A stretch of DNA of 64,000 nt. Source: an uncultured Ignavibacteriales bacterium. Its GTDB lineage: Bacteria; Zixibacteria; MSB-5A5; GN15; FEB-12. The DNA is taken from assembly GCA_964397415.1 (NCBI GenBank), contig CAYNIJ010000005.1:110580-174579 (forward strand), read 5' to 3'. The notes beneath the pieces are model-generated. The model saw nothing but the letters and a program-made list of their open reading frames with translations. It was not told the origin of the DNA and ran no database searches. The translations under genes and the position numbers were made by a program. Positions 18,692-29,491 of this stretch are shown here, piece by piece (the first letter of the stretch is position 1; each line of letters opens with the position of its first letter).

Positions 18692-20608
18692 TCACGCCGA
18701 GATGCGGGCGGCTGTGGAACTCGCGCTGTCATCCAGCATCGCCTGCTTCTTCTCCGCTCGCTTCCGCTCCTCAACATCAAGGATCGCTTTCCGCACTCGG
18801 ATCGATTTCGGCGTCACCTCGACCAGCTCATCCGTGCGGATCCACTCCATCGCCTGCTCCAGCGTCATCTTCCGCGGAACATCCATCTTCACCGCGATAT
18901 CCTTGGTGGAGGACCGATGATTCGTCAGCGCCTTTTTCTTCGTCGGATTGCAGATGAGATCGGTATTGCGCGAGTTCTCGCCGACTATCTGTCCGGCATA
19001 CACTTTCTCCATCGGCTCGACAAAAATCACCGACCGTTCCTGCAGTCCCTCCAGTGCGTACGCCGTGGCGACACCTGTATCCAGGCTGACCACTGACCCA
19101 CGACTCCGCGAGACGATATCCCCTCGCCACGCGCCGTAGCCGATGAACCGCGACGCCATCACGCCCATTCCCCGAGTGTCAGTGAGAAATTCCGAGCGAT
19201 ACCCTATCAGGCCGCGCGTAGGAATATTGAACTCAATTCGCACCGTGTTGGTGCCGGAGTTATCTACCGAGGTCAACTCCCCTTTGACTCGAGACAGTCG
19301 TTCGATCACCACTCCCTGATATTCTTCGGGCACATCGATTATCAACTGCTCGATCGGCTCAAGCGTATTGCCGTTAGCGTCGGTATGGATGATGATCTCC
19401 GGTCGCGATACGCAGAACTCCAGTCCTTCGCGACGCATCTCCTCGATCAGGATAGCCAGATGCAATTCGCCACGCCCCGAGACCTTTACACCGTCCGCGC
19501 GTCCCAGATCTTCCATCCGTAGCGCGACATTGACGCGTAATTCCCGCTCCAGCCGTTCTTTGAGCTGGCGAAGCATGATCGAGTTCCCTTCCTGGCCCGA
19601 GAATGGCCCGGTATTTACCAGGAAAAACATCGACAGCGTCGGTTCCTCGATCTCCAGCGGCTTTAGCGCGTTCACCGGATCTTCATTCTTCGAAAATGTA
19701 TCCCCAATGCCGATCTCCGAGGGACCCGCCAACCAAACGATATCACCGGCCGAGATCTCGTCCGTCTCCACTCGCTTTAGTCCGCGCGTCACCCACATCA
19801 CGGTCGATTGGACTTTCGAAGACGACACCACTGACCATCCTGCCCCGTCAGTATTCAACTCATCCTGCTCGGTCACGAAACGGGTGAATACTTCACCTTT
19901 TTGCAGTTTTCCGCGCATCACGCGTCCGCACCCGATCTGACCGAGGTAATCGGACCAGTCAAGTGAGGTAACCTGCATGAGGAAATCCCCTTCCTCATCC
20001 ACCTGCGGCGCCGGCACTTCAGAGATGATCGTCTCAAAGAGCGCGTCCATCCCCGAATGCGCGTCTTTCTCCAGATCGCGCACAAACCATCCATCCAGAC
20101 CCGAGCCGTACAGCACCGGGAAATGCGCCTGTTCATCCGTGGCGCCAAGATCTATGAATAGATCAAAAGTCTTATTCAGAGCGAAATCCGGGCGTGCCCC
20201 CTTGCGGTCAACTTTGTTGATCAGGACGATCGGCCGAAGACCCAGTCTCAGCGCGCGCATCAATACATATCGCGTCTGCGGCATCGGTCCTTCATTGGCA
20301 TCCACCAGCAACAGCACTGAGTCGACCATCGAAAGAACTCGCTCCACTTCGCCCGAAAAATCCGCGTGCCCCGGCGTGTCGATGATATTGACCAGATAGT
20401 CATTCCAGGTGACCGTGCAATGCTTGGCGCGAATGGTTATCCCACGCTCCCGCTCCAGGACATTGTTGTCCATCAGACGTTCCGCCACTTCCTGATTCTC
20501 CCGGAATGTCTGCGTCGCGCGGAAGATCGAATCGATCAGCGTCGTTTTCCCATGATCGATATGGGCGATGATCGCAAGATTGCGGATATTGGCGATGTTC
20601 GTCGTCAC
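18692..20608 (-). CDS. typA: Translational GTPase TypA/BipA
   Basis: AHIDHGKTTL and DTPGHADF G-domain motifs with BipA-like domain order, plus a short charged C-terminal extension. Confidence 0.9.
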   Translation of the reverse strand: MTTNIANIRNLAIIAHIDHGKTTLIDSIFRATQTFRENQEVAERLMDNNVLERERGITIRAKHCTVTWNDYLVNIIDTPGHADFSGEVERVLSMVDSVLLLVDANEGPMPQTRYVLMRALRLGLRPIVLINKVDRKGARPDFALNKTFDLFIDLGATDEQAHFPVLYGSGLDGWFVRDLEKDAHSGMDALFETIISEVPAPQVDEEGDFLMQVTSLDWSDYLGQIGCGRVMRGKLQKGEVFTRFVTEQDELNTDGAGWSVVSSSKVQSTVMWVTRGLKRVETDEISAGDIVWLAGPSEIGIGDTFSKNEDPVNALKPLEIEEPTLSMFFLVNTGPFSGQEGNSIMLRQLKERLERELRVNVALRMEDLGRADGVKVSGRGELHLAILIEEMRREGLEFCVSRPEIIIHTDANGNTLEPIEQLIIDVPEEYQGVVIERLSRVKGELTSVDNSGTNTVRIEFNIPTRGLIGYRSEFLTDTRGMGVMASRFIGYGAWRGDIVSRSRGSVVSLDTGVATAYALEGLQERSVIFVEPMEKVYAGQIVGENSRNTDLICNPTKKKALTNHRSSTKDIAVKMDVPRKMTLEQAMEWIRTDELVEVTPKSIRVRKAILDVEERKRAEKKQAMLDDSASSTAARISA

Positions 20609-20739
20609 TCAGTCTACCTTTCGTTCGAGCATCAATTGCTCATTCAACCAGTCCAGGGAATCGTCAGATCACACTTTTGGGGGGATGATCACGCTGGATA
20701 AACCGACACAGGAGCTAACCTGTTCCCAAAGAATCTGTT

Positions 20740-20767
20740 AGTATACGGCAAAAACGCGATTTGTCAA
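20740..20767 (-). promoter_or_regulatory. Sigma-70-type promoter of typA
   Basis: Minus strand: TTGACA (20767-20762), 16-nt spacer, TATACT (20745-20740). This implies a leader of about 125 nt. Confidence 0.55.
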
Positions 20768-20850
20768 TTTAATTGGGTGTTGACCATAACATGAGTCCTC
20801 TTGCGGCTCACAAGCGAATTCGTTATCTATAAGGCAGGCAGGAAATCAGA

Positions 20851-21192
20851 GTGCAGATTATCACGGAAGTCATTCAACTTGAAGAACTTCGGCCCATGAC
20901 CGCCAAATTCTATGGCGAAATGGTCAAAGCTGTGGTCGATATTGACCGCGAAATCATAGCAGTCGATGCTGACATGCACGCTGACCTGGAGAGGCTTCTT
21001 CTTGAGGTTGGCTCCGAGCAACGCTTCCTTTGGGGTATCAACCTCTATCCTCAACTGACTGGTGACGCTTTTGTCGAATTCGACTCAATGATTAACCTTA
21101 GACCGGTTCATGGCAATCGCTCACGTTCAGTCGAAGACCCGGAAACACGTCGCCGTATTATCGAAGTGGTCAACCGTCGAGTCAGCCGATGA
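20851..21192 (+). CDS. Conserved-looking hypothetical protein (113 aa)
   Basis: GTG start after AGGAAA. Translationally coupled (ATGA) to the next ORF. Confidence 0.55.
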   Translation: MQIITEVIQLEELRPMTAKFYGEMVKAVVDIDREIIAVDADMHADLERLLLEVGSEQRFLWGINLYPQLTGDAFVEFDSMINLRPVHGNRSRSVEDPETRRRIIEVVNRRVSR

Positions 21193-21527
21193 ATTACCAG
21201 CACCAGGAAATGGCCGACGGTCGATGGCGTGAATTTCAACTCGTCGAACAACTCGCCCATGTCGGCTCTGAGATCTCCCGCGCCCTCAACTGGCAGGAGA
21301 AAGGGAATCGCCAACTCTCCTACGGCGCTTTCATCCGCGCCCTTGAGTTACTTGACCTGACAATTCAGGACCCCAAGAACCGCTATCGCCTCAAAGAACC
21401 CTGCCGAGTCCGCGAAATGCTGGTAGACTTTTTCGACGGCGACAACATCTACGCCTCCTCCCCTGCGGAATGGCGTAAGTATTTCCATCACTTTGCGCTC
21501 GCCACCGCCGCGATGCACAATCGATAG
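21189..21527 (+). CDS. Hypothetical helical protein (112 aa)
   Basis: 4-nt overlap with the upstream ORF. Its stop abuts the M24 peptidase gene. Confidence 0.55.
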   Translation: MNYQHQEMADGRWREFQLVEQLAHVGSEISRALNWQEKGNRQLSYGAFIRALELLDLTIQDPKNRYRLKEPCRVREMLVDFFDGDNIYASSPAEWRKYFHHFALATAAMHNR

Positions 21528-21547
21528 TGAATAGACAGAGGAATCCC

Positions 21548-22717
21548 ATGGATATCATCAAAGCCAAGATCGACCAGGCCACCAAACTCCTCGACGAACT
21601 CAATATCGATGCCTGGGCACTGTTCGAGCGCGAAACCGCCATGCTACAGGACCCGACGCATGCCATGGTCGTTGGCATCCCGGTCGCCTGGAACTCCCTC
21701 TTCCTCTTCACGCGACATGGCGATGCTATCGCGTTGATCGGCAATTTCGATGAACCGGACTTCACCGCTTCCGGACGATTCACGCAGGTGCATCCCTATG
21801 TTCAGGGACCCCGCGAACTTATGAAGAAGATCTTCGGTCAAGTGAACCCACAAACCCTGGCCCTCAATTACTCGGTCAACGACCCGGTCTCCGATGGCCT
21901 CACTCATGGCATGTTCCTCCTCCTGCAGTCATATCTCAAGGAAACACCCTACGCCGACCGGATAATCTCCTCGCAGGAAATTGTCGGGAAACTTCGCGCA
22001 CGCAAACTCCCCGAAGAGGTGGCGCGCCTTGAGCGTGCCGCTATCCTTGCCACCCAAGCCTGGAATCGCGCCTATCAGCGGATTCAAGTCGGTATGTCCG
22101 AAAAACAGATTGGCGCTATCATCGATGACGAGATTCGCAAATCCGGCGGCGAACCATCCTTTCCCACTATTGTCAATGCCGGCGCGAAAACCTCGGCCGG
22201 ACATGTCGCTCCGACCGATGCCATCATCGAACCGGGCGAACTGCTCCATATCGATTTCGGCATCAAGATCAGCGACTACTGCTCCGATCTCCAGCGGCTG
22301 GTCTATTTCAAGCGTCCCGGAGAATCCGCTCCTCCTGCCGAACTCCAGCGCGCCTTTGACACGGTCGCGATGGTCATCACCAAAACCGGCGAAGCCGCCC
22401 TCCCTGGCAAACAAGGGGTAGAGATCGATGCTCTCGCTCGCCAACTCCTTCGCGACAACGGTTACCCGGAGTATCAGCATGCGCTGGGACATCAGTTGGG
22501 TCGCGATGTTCATGATGGCGGCGGTATTCTCGGCCCGCAGTGGGAGCGTTACGGCAACACGCCGAACATCCCGCTCGAAGTCGGCAATGTCTTCACTTTG
22601 GAATTGGAGATCATGTTGGATGGCAGCGGCTGTGTGGGTCTCGAGGAAGATGTCGTCATCACCCCGACCGGCGCAAAATATCTGTGTGAACGCCAGACGG
22701 CGTTGTTAGTAAAATAG
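21548..22717 (+). CDS. M24 family metallopeptidase (Xaa-Pro peptidase/creatinase-like)
   Basis: Pita-bread metal-ligand pattern (HIDFG...SDLQR...GHQLGRDVHDGG...LELE). Start placed at MDIIKAK after AGAGGA. Confidence 0.8.
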   Translation: MDIIKAKIDQATKLLDELNIDAWALFERETAMLQDPTHAMVVGIPVAWNSLFLFTRHGDAIALIGNFDEPDFTASGRFTQVHPYVQGPRELMKKIFGQVNPQTLALNYSVNDPVSDGLTHGMFLLLQSYLKETPYADRIISSQEIVGKLRARKLPEEVARLERAAILATQAWNRAYQRIQVGMSEKQIGAIIDDEIRKSGGEPSFPTIVNAGAKTSAGHVAPTDAIIEPGELLHIDFGIKISDYCSDLQRLVYFKRPGESAPPAELQRAFDTVAMVITKTGEAALPGKQGVEIDALARQLLRDNGYPEYQHALGHQLGRDVHDGGGILGPQWERYGNTPNIPLEVGNVFTLELEIMLDGSGCVGLEEDVVITPTGAKYLCERQTALLVK

Positions 22718-22813
22718 CACTACTCGCTTGCGCCCGCGCATCTCAGCGTTTCAGTGTCTCAGCACCGCATCATGCCGCGTAGGCGGGCATCCAGACTATT
22801 CGATTCACTGTAC

Positions 22814-22831
22814 CCCACCATTTATGGTGGG
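22814..22831. repeat. CCCACCATTTATGGTGGG palindromic repeat, copy 1
   Basis: 8-2-8 perfect palindrome preceded by GTAC and by a GC hairpin at 22772-22790. It sits in a convergent intergenic gap. Confidence 0.7.
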
Positions 22832-22845
22832 CTCCTACCGCCGTC

Positions 22846-25308
22846 CTACGGACAAGCCGGCAACGCCGGCCGCGGCGTCTGTGTCAGGTAGGCAATGAGC
22901 AGAGAAAGGTCTGAAAGGTCCGGTCTAGTCCCCAAGCCATTTACATTCGCTTCCTCAGGACATCCACATTCCAACCAGGACCACATTGTCAAAGACTCGA
23001 TAAGCATTGACAGATCCGAAAGGTCTACTCCTCCAAACCCATCGACATTTCCCCGGATTCCCACACAGCAGCACGCATTCCCGATTCCATCACCATTGGT
23101 GTCTTTTTGGTCCGAATTGCTTACAAGGGGACAGTTGTCGCTGTCGTCCGGCACTCCATCACCATCCGAATCGATCTTCTTTGTCCATGCCGCAACATGA
23201 TTGGCCGCAACCTCACCTGCAGTAGTAAACCTTCCTCCGACAATGAGCATGGTGTCGAATACGCAGAGTGATGACACCGCAGAGTCAGTACCAGACCCCA
23301 GCGGCTGCCAGGTTACGCTGTTCCAACCGGCAATGTGCGGGGCCAAGAATCCACCCGCGGCGCGAAAATCTCCGCCGGCGATGAGCAAATTCCCCCTCGC
23401 GACCAATGATCTTACTTCACCATCGGTTCCTGTGCCCAGAGGTGACCAGGTTGCGCCATTCCATGCCGCAATATGCTGAGCCGCGCCGTTTCCCGCGGTC
23501 GTGAAGCTGCCGGCGGCAATCAAGGAGTTGTTGTAGAGGGCGAGGCATTTTACTTCGCCGTCTGTTCCTGATCCAACTGCTGACCATGACACACCATCCC
23601 AAGTGGCGATGTTGTCAGCGGGTATCTCACCTGCCGCGGTAAAGTTGCCGCCTGCGACCAACCGATCTTCATACACAATGAGCGAATTCACTCTCCCATT
23701 CACCCCATCTCCTACAGGCTTCCACATGCCCTCGTCCCACACGGCAACATGACTAACCACTTCTCCCGCGGCTGAGTTGAATTCTCCTGCCGCGAACAGG
23801 TGACCACGAAAGGCCGTGAGCGCGAGAACAGATTGTTCAAATCCGCTACCTATCGGAGACCACTGCTCTCCGCTCCAGAGAGCAACGCGATTGGCCGCGA
23901 CTCCTCCGGCCATAGTAAACGAACCACCAACTACTAGCTCATTATCGAATGCACCAAGGGAGGAAACAGTGCCATTCACCCCCAGCCCAAGGCCACTCCA
24001 CGTTGTTCCATCCCACGATGCTATGTGGGAAGCCGGAAATCCTGCTATTCGTGAAAAATCACCCGCGATGATCAGTTTTTTTTTAGAACTGCAAGCGGCG
24101 AGAACTGATGCGTTCGTTCCTAATCCCCACGACAACCATTCGAACCCATTCCACGACGCGAAGTATGCCGCGTCAACATCGCCGGCCCGCGTGAACAAGC
24201 CACCCGCCGTCAGACTCTCCTCATCGGCATGCAGGACACCAATGTAGTCATTTGCTCCCGCACCTAATGGTGACCAGCCGATTCCGTCCCATGCAGCTAT
24301 GTGGCTGGAGGCTACATCTCCGGCCACAGTGAAATTTCCTCCTGCGATCAATTCATCCTGAAAGACAGTGAGACTCCAGACCCCCTCGTTCATGCCCGAT
24401 CCCAGACCAGACCACGCGCCACCATTCCAGGCCGCAATGTAAGGGAAAGGCCCACCTCCGGCCGACGTGAAGGTCCCGCCGACTATCAGTTGGCTATCAT
24501 ACACGCACAATGTGCGAACGTAATCATTAGTCCCCCAGCCGAGTGGCGCCCAGTTCACTCCATCCCATGACGCAATGCAACTGACGTTTCTTTCGCCGGC
24601 CCGGGTAAACGCTCCGCCCGCGATCAACTTGCCATCATACACTGCAAGAGCTTCGCAATGATCGTTTAGCCCTGACCCGAGGGAAGACCATGCGGCGCCA
24701 TTCCAGGCGGCAATACGACTCGCAGGATTCCCCCCGGCGGTTGTGAAGTACCCCCCAGCGATCAACAAATCATCGTAGACTATCAGATCAAACACCTCAC
24801 GGTCAGTTCCCTCGCCAAGAGGGAGCCATTCGACACCGTCCCATTCCGCCACCCTCATCGCGGTGGTCTCTCCCGAGGCAGTGAAATTGCCCGCCGCGAT
24901 CAACCTGTCCTTGTATACTGCGAGGGAAAAGACCGAACGATTAAGGCCCTCGCCCAGGGGAGTCCATCTGCTTCCATCCCAGACCGCGATATTGTCTGCG
25001 CTGATATTACCGACAGCGGAAAAACTCCCGGCAATTACCAACTTCCCCTGGAAACGACAGATTGCGGAGACACGCCCATTGGTGCCGGTTCGTGAGAAAT
25101 CTTGTGACCAGTATTGATCATCTGGATTCAAAGTGGCCAGCACTCCCGCCGGCAAAATCTCAGCCTTAATCCCCTCCAGTGCCTGTGACTCGCCAAAGGC
25201 AAAGAGGATCAATCCACATCTGATGAATGTGATAAGAGCTTTCACGCGTAAGTATCGTGGGATCGTATGACATGTGAACATAGCCGAGCGTCGTCCATTG
25301 ATAATCAT
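22846..25308 (-). CDS. Secreted repeat protein: about 14 beta-propeller blades, a thrombospondin type-3-like Ca-binding repeat, and a dockerin-like C-terminus
   Basis: 13 full copies of a ~47-aa unit (IAxW[DN]GxxWxxLGxGxNxxVxxLxxxxxxLIxGGxFTxAG). These are followed by [29 protein letters not shown] and two D/N-rich segments ([37 protein letters not shown]). Confidence 0.75.
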   Translation of the reverse strand: MIINGRRSAMFTCHTIPRYLRVKALITFIRCGLILFAFGESQALEGIKAEILPAGVLATLNPDDQYWSQDFSRTGTNGRVSAICRFQGKLVIAGSFSAVGNISADNIAVWDGSRWTPLGEGLNRSVFSLAVYKDRLIAAGNFTASGETTAMRVAEWDGVEWLPLGEGTDREVFDLIVYDDLLIAGGYFTTAGGNPASRIAAWNGAAWSSLGSGLNDHCEALAVYDGKLIAGGAFTRAGERNVSCIASWDGVNWAPLGWGTNDYVRTLCVYDSQLIVGGTFTSAGGGPFPYIAAWNGGAWSGLGSGMNEGVWSLTVFQDELIAGGNFTVAGDVASSHIAAWDGIGWSPLGAGANDYIGVLHADEESLTAGGLFTRAGDVDAAYFASWNGFEWLSWGLGTNASVLAACSSKKKLIIAGDFSRIAGFPASHIASWDGTTWSGLGLGVNGTVSSLGAFDNELVVGGSFTMAGGVAANRVALWSGEQWSPIGSGFEQSVLALTAFRGHLFAAGEFNSAAGEVVSHVAVWDEGMWKPVGDGVNGRVNSLIVYEDRLVAGGNFTAAGEIPADNIATWDGVSWSAVGSGTDGEVKCLALYNNSLIAAGSFTTAGNGAAQHIAAWNGATWSPLGTGTDGEVRSLVARGNLLIAGGDFRAAGGFLAPHIAGWNSVTWQPLGSGTDSAVSSLCVFDTMLIVGGRFTTAGEVAANHVAAWTKKIDSDGDGVPDDSDNCPLVSNSDQKDTNGDGIGNACCCVGIRGNVDGFGGVDLSDLSMLIESLTMWSWLECGCPEEANVNGLGTRPDLSDLSLLIAYLTQTPRPALPACP

Positions 25309-25429
25309 GATGTCGATACTTTCTGATACGTATAGTAGACGTCCGTGGCTACGTTTTTATCAAGTATCTAAGGAAGGCAATCGATCGTGCGGAGGTGCCA
25401 GATTGGATTTAGGTTAGCTGAAGGAATTT

Positions 25430-25503
25430 TGGCTGGGAGACAGGGATTCGAACCCCGATTCTACGGTCCAGAGCCGCATGTCCTACCGTTGGACGATCTC
25501 CCA
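25430..25503 (-). tRNA. tRNA-Gln (anticodon CUG), CCA encoded
   Basis: Hand-folded cloverleaf: acceptor TGGGAGA/TCTCCCA (U1-A72), discriminator G, D arm GTCC/GGAC, anticodon loop CUCUGGA, T arm CGGGG-TTCGAAT-CCCTG. Confidence 0.9.
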
Positions 25504-25544
25504 GTATGTCAACTCTGCGGAACGGGCGCCCCGCAAGTCCGCCC

Positions 25545-25572
25545 AATATAGTGTCACAACCCCATTTGTCAA
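25545..25572 (-). promoter_or_regulatory. Promoter of tRNA-Gln
   Basis: Minus strand: TTGACA (25572-25567), 16-nt spacer, TATATT (25550-25545), about 35 nt before the mature 5' end. Confidence 0.55.
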
Positions 25573-25666
25573 GCAACCAAATGGATTCCACGCGCATGGC
25601 GCAACCAATTGTCACACCGTAAGATAATCGACAAAAGGAAGAAAATCTTCACTCCCCCGCCACCGT

Positions 25667-26320
25667 CTATTTTCGACCGAATTGACGAACCAACAGCGCC
25701 ATCCCCTTCACCCCAAAGGTCGCACGACGTGACGTCACCCGATTCCGCATCCCCAACGACCTACCCCGCAATACCTCCACTCCGCGAACATTGTAGCTCG
25801 TCCCGGTCGTGGTCAGACTCACTTTGCCTGACAGCGGAAGCACCGACACCAGATCGCCAGTCGCATTACGCAACACCACCATACTGTCATTGAGCAACTG
25901 CACTTCGTAGCGACGATTGATTATTCGTATCTCCGGATGGTATCTCCCCTGCTGTTTCCCCGCCGCCACCAACAATATCAGAAAATTCCCCAGCATCTGA
26001 TCTGGCTCACCATACGATGGCTGCACGATATCTATCCGCTTCGCCTTACGCGCCAAACAATGATCCAGCGCCAGTTCAGCATCGGTCTTGTCTTTCATCG
26101 GAGGGAAACGCTCGACGATCGTTGATTTAGGAAGATCCCGTGGCATTCGTCGGATCGAATCAAAATCACCGATCAGCAAATTCGGAAACAGCCCCGCCGC
26201 CGTGAAGAACCGATATCCCCCATCCACCGCGACCGTATATCTCCCCCGACAGAGCGCGCGATAGTACTCAATATCCCGGCGCGCATATGCGCCGTTGAGA
26301 AAGAGGATACAGTCTTTCAT
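25667..26320 (-). CDS. Thiamine diphosphokinase
   Basis: VAVDGGYRFF...PNLLIGDFDSI motif. It is the last gene of the pentose-phosphate operon. Confidence 0.75.
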   Translation of the reverse strand: MKDCILFLNGAYARRDIEYYRALCRGRYTVAVDGGYRFFTAAGLFPNLLIGDFDSIRRMPRDLPKSTIVERFPPMKDKTDAELALDHCLARKAKRIDIVQPSYGEPDQMLGNFLILLVAAGKQQGRYHPEIRIINRRYEVQLLNDSMVVLRNATGDLVSVLPLSGKVSLTTTGTSYNVRGVEVLRGRSLGMRNRVTSRRATFGVKGMALLVRQFGRK

Positions 26321-26321
26321 G

Positions 26322-27290
26322 CTATTTTCCGTCGCGAAGCGCCAGTGTCCCGGCGCCGATCAGCGCGGTCTTCTCTTCGATAATGATCGAAACCGGCATC
26401 CGCGCCAGCAATGACTCCATCTTCCCCTGCTTGACAAACCGCTGCATGAACCTCCCCTGATCCAAGAGCGTGATGATCTGTGGCCCGATCACGCCACCAA
26501 TGAATATGCCGCCCAACGTCATCCCCTTGAGCGCGAGATTCGCCGCTTCCGACGCGTAGCAATCGACAAAAATATCCAGGGTCGTGATCGCGTCGGCATC
26601 TTTTCCCGACAGCGCCTTCTCGATTATCACTCCCGATTTATCCACCGCCTTCTCAAACCAGGCCGCCGGCGGTTTCCCCTGCGATTCCCGCACGAAGGTA
26701 TATATCCGTTCCAGCCCTTTCAGGCTGAGCACATCTTCAACCTCTACATGTCCAAGTTCCGAATACAGAAACTCCCACAACTCCATCTCGCGCTGGCTCC
26801 CCGGCGCAAAATCGGCGTGTCCCCCTTCCGACGCGTACGGGAAATAGCGGTCATCATGCACATGGATCAACGCCTCACCAAGTCCCGACCCCGCCGCGAT
26901 CAATCCGACATTCCCGTTCTTCTGCTTAACCCCGGCGTTGATGACGTAGTACCGATCATCTTTGACGTGCGGCAAACCGTACGCCAGCGCGACGATATCA
27001 TTCAGCAGTTTCACTTTGCCGATCTTGAACTTCTCTTCGATCGTCGAGGCGATCAACAACCACGGAAGATTCGTCGTGCGTACCTCTCCGTTGATCACGG
27101 GACCTGCCACGCCAAAACAAGCCTGCTTTATCGGCGTCGTGTTCTTTTTGAGATAGAGATTGAGGATCTGTTCGAAACTGGTGAAATCGCGGCTGTTGTA
27201 GGTAGTCTGGTTATAGAGTTTGACCCCCGACTCTGACTCCTTGACGCGAGCCAGTTCAACTGTCGCCCCGCTGATATACCCTGCTAACAT
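26322..27290 (-). CDS. glk: Glucokinase
   Basis: Glk-family motifs (LLNDIVALAYG, AGSGLGEALI, SEGGHADFAP). Confidence 0.7.
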   Translation of the reverse strand: MLAGYISGATVELARVKESESGVKLYNQTTYNSRDFTSFEQILNLYLKKNTTPIKQACFGVAGPVINGEVRTTNLPWLLIASTIEEKFKIGKVKLLNDIVALAYGLPHVKDDRYYVINAGVKQKNGNVGLIAAGSGLGEALIHVHDDRYFPYASEGGHADFAPGSQREMELWEFLYSELGHVEVEDVLSLKGLERIYTFVRESQGKPPAAWFEKAVDKSGVIIEKALSGKDADAITTLDIFVDCYASEAANLALKGMTLGGIFIGGVIGPQIITLLDQGRFMQRFVKQGKMESLLARMPVSIIIEEKTALIGAGTLALRDGK

Positions 27291-28045
27291 ATATCTACTG
27301 TTCCTCGCGCGCGGGAAGGGTCGAGCTGCGCCGATGCCGCTTTGTCCAGCAGCCAGATCGTGCGCTCCGCTTCCACCCGTCTCGCCGGAAGAATATCCCC
27401 TTCAACATCGGCTGACAAGACCTTTTTCACTGCCAGCGCTTTGTCTGTCCCAGTGACAATAAACAGCACCGCCTGCGCGGCATTCAACAATGTCAGAGTG
27501 AACGTCAGGCGACTGCTCTGCAACGATTGCACATACGGCGCGTCCACCAGTCGTTTGGCGGACTTGGCAAAGTCATAACCCGGGAACAACGATGCCGTAT
27601 GGCCATCCGACCCCATTCCTAACAGGATCATATCCAGACGAGGGACCTCTGTTGGTCCAACCCCCGCCTTCCGTCGGACAAGATCTTCATAGCTGCGTGC
27701 TTCCGCGGCCAGGTCCGCTGATTCGCCCCGCATACGGGAGACATTGGTATTCCCTATCTGGAGGGGATTCAGGAGACCCACTCTGGCAGTATTGAAGTTG
27801 GATTCCTCTGATTCCGGATTGACCGCCCGTTCATCCGAAAAGAGAAATTCCACCTTCGATCGAAACATCGGCCCGGCCTCCGGATTCTGCCGAAGAAACT
27901 CGTACACCTTTTTGGGCGTATTTCCCCCGGACAGCGCCAGGAGGAATCGCTTGCGCTCACGCGATGCGCTGAGCTGTTCATAAACAAAACGCGCCGCTGC
28001 CTTGGCGACAGCGGCGTCATCGGGATAGATCTGTATTGATATCAC
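27284..28045 (-). CDS. pgl: 6-phosphogluconolactonase
   Basis: LALSGGNTPKKVY and FSDERAV motifs. GTG start after AGGAA. Confidence 0.85.
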   Translation of the reverse strand: MISIQIYPDDAAVAKAAARFVYEQLSASRERKRFLLALSGGNTPKKVYEFLRQNPEAGPMFRSKVEFLFSDERAVNPESEESNFNTARVGLLNPLQIGNTNVSRMRGESADLAAEARSYEDLVRRKAGVGPTEVPRLDMILLGMGSDGHTASLFPGYDFAKSAKRLVDAPYVQSLQSSRLTFTLTLLNAAQAVLFIVTGTDKALAVKKVLSADVEGDILPARRVEAERTIWLLDKAASAQLDPSRARGTVDIC

Positions 28046-28055
28046 ATTGTTCCTG

Positions 28056-28373
28056 TCACTCTACAACCACCGCGGTTCCGGCCGCCGATACCATCAGCAT
28101 CGACCCGGAGCCGACCGTCTCGTAGTCGAGATCGACTGCGATCACCGCGTTCCCGCCCATTTGCTCCGCTTGCGCCTGCATCTCCTGCAACGCGATCGTT
28201 TTCGCTTTCTGCAGCTCGCGCTCATACGCGCCTGACCTTCCACCCACGATATCCGTGATATTGGCGAAAATATCCTTGAAAATATTCGCGCCCAGTATCG
28301 CTTCTCCGGTCACGAGGCCAAGATACTTGGTGATCCGTCTTCCTTCAAGCGTATTTGTCGTCGTAATTAACAC
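28056..28373 (-). CDS. YbjQ (UPF0145) family protein
   Basis: Start re-set to the GTG at 28373, 7 nt after AAGGAG, giving (M)[18 protein letters not shown].... The longer ORF-track version overlaps opcA. Confidence 0.75.
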   Translation of the reverse strand: MLITTTNTLEGRRITKYLGLVTGEAILGANIFKDIFANITDIVGGRSGAYERELQKAKTIALQEMQAQAEQMGGNAVIAVDLDYETVGSGSMLMVSAAGTAVVVE

Positions 28374-28444
28374 TCTCAACTCCTTGTTGTCTGTTTGCTC
28401 ATTGAAACGTTTGGCGGGGTCAAATGTTGCGGAAATAGGACTGC

Positions 28445-29491
28445 TTATCGTTCGATTTTCGTGATCCGGTCGAGCGCGGTCACTACCGAGGCATACTCCG
28501 CGAACTCGCTCGCGTCCTGCATCGCCTCCACTACGTAAATAGATAACGGCATCGCTGTCGATGCCCGCTCCAGCTTCCACCCCCGATGTTCCGCGCTGTA
28601 CACAGGATATCCCGCAGGCGTCGCACCACTCGTGCGAATCACTCCCACCGACCCGTCATTGAACTCCATTCGAATCAAACTGTCGCCGGGCAGATTCTCG
28701 CTGACTTCCACTATCAGACTATACTCCCTATACCCGGCGATTATTCGATCCCCCTGCTGCACCGGCCCCTCAGTTTTGAGCCGCGCCAATAGCCAGCCGC
28801 ACAGCAGGTCTCCATAGGTGTCAATTCTCTCAGAGCTCTGTATCTGACATTTCACCGGAAATGCCCGGCAATCTGTCGCGTTTAGACGTCCGAACATCTC
28901 ACCCAATAACTCACGAATCGTTAATGTCCAGTACCACCGTAATGGAAGATACCGATGTTGCAATGGACCGCTCGGTACCACGCCGGCGTTAACGTAATAG
29001 TAATCTGATAACTCGAGGACAGCATTGTCGAATACGGGAGTCGACTGGTACGCCCTGAAATCAACGGCGATCACCGGCACCGACCCAACCAACAGCGATC
29101 GCAGCGCCCCCGGCAGAAAGTGCATTCTGCCGATGTCCGCTATCATCTCGACCACTTCAAAACAGCGCAGCGTCCCCGACTCCTTGTCGCGCTGACACGC
29201 CGTGCGCACAAACGCCGAGTACGCGCCATCCAGTTCATCTATTACGATCAGGAATACTCTCGATGGATATGCCCCCGCTATCTCGTTGGCCAACTGCTCA
29301 GCCTCGGGCCGCGAAGCCGCGTCTGTCACCACCAGCATATTGGAGAGACAAAGCTTGGTCAGCGGAACATCGCCGCGATACTGCGCAGATGCTTCCCTCC
29401 AAACCTCGTTCAGCCGCTTTTCGATCTTCTCGGCATTTAGTTCAATATGTCCGCCATCATAGACGGTCTGTGGCGAGCGCGAATCGGTCAT
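28445..29491 (-). CDS. opcA: OpcA-like glucose-6-phosphate dehydrogenase assembly protein
   Basis: ATGA-coupled to the zwf stop. The pattern IEKRLNEVW...LSNMLVV...YPSRVFLIV resembles OpcA. Confidence 0.6.
   Translation of the reverse strand: MTDSRSPQTVYDGGHIELNAEKIEKRLNEVWREASAQYRGDVPLTKLCLSNMLVVTDAASRPEAEQLANEIAGAYPSRVFLIVIDELDGAYSAFVRTACQRDKESGTLRCFEVVEMIADIGRMHFLPGALRSLLVGSVPVIAVDFRAYQSTPVFDNAVLELSDYYYVNAGVVPSGPLQHRYLPLRWYWTLTIRELLGEMFGRLNATDCRAFPVKCQIQSSERIDTYGDLLCGWLLARLKTEGPVQQGDRIIAGYREYSLIVEVSENLPGDSLIRMEFNDGSVGVIRTSGATPAGYPVYSAEHRGWKLERASTAMPLSIYVVEAMQDASEFAEYASVVTALDRITKIER

Noticed and set aside
22846-25503. A genomic island or prophage integrated at tRNA-Gln.
   Set aside because: There is no integrase, no recognisable direct repeat of the tRNA 3' end, and the adjacent gene is a large native-looking surface protein.
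25409-25615. 68-aa ORF on the minus strand.
   Set aside because: It is entirely explained by tRNA-Gln and its promoter region.
27240-27290. An atypical phosphate-1 motif at the glucokinase N-terminus: LAGYISGATV instead of the canonical GDxGGTN.
   Set aside because: This is possibly real. It depends on an uncertain start codon and on my by-eye alignment, and the rest of the protein is a normal Glk. I did not consider it solid enough to report as a finding.
28374-28580. Long version of the YbjQ ORF (174 aa).
   Set aside because: The extra N-terminus overlaps opcA and has no family resemblance. A GTG with AAGGAG at ideal spacing gives the canonical YbjQ N-terminus.
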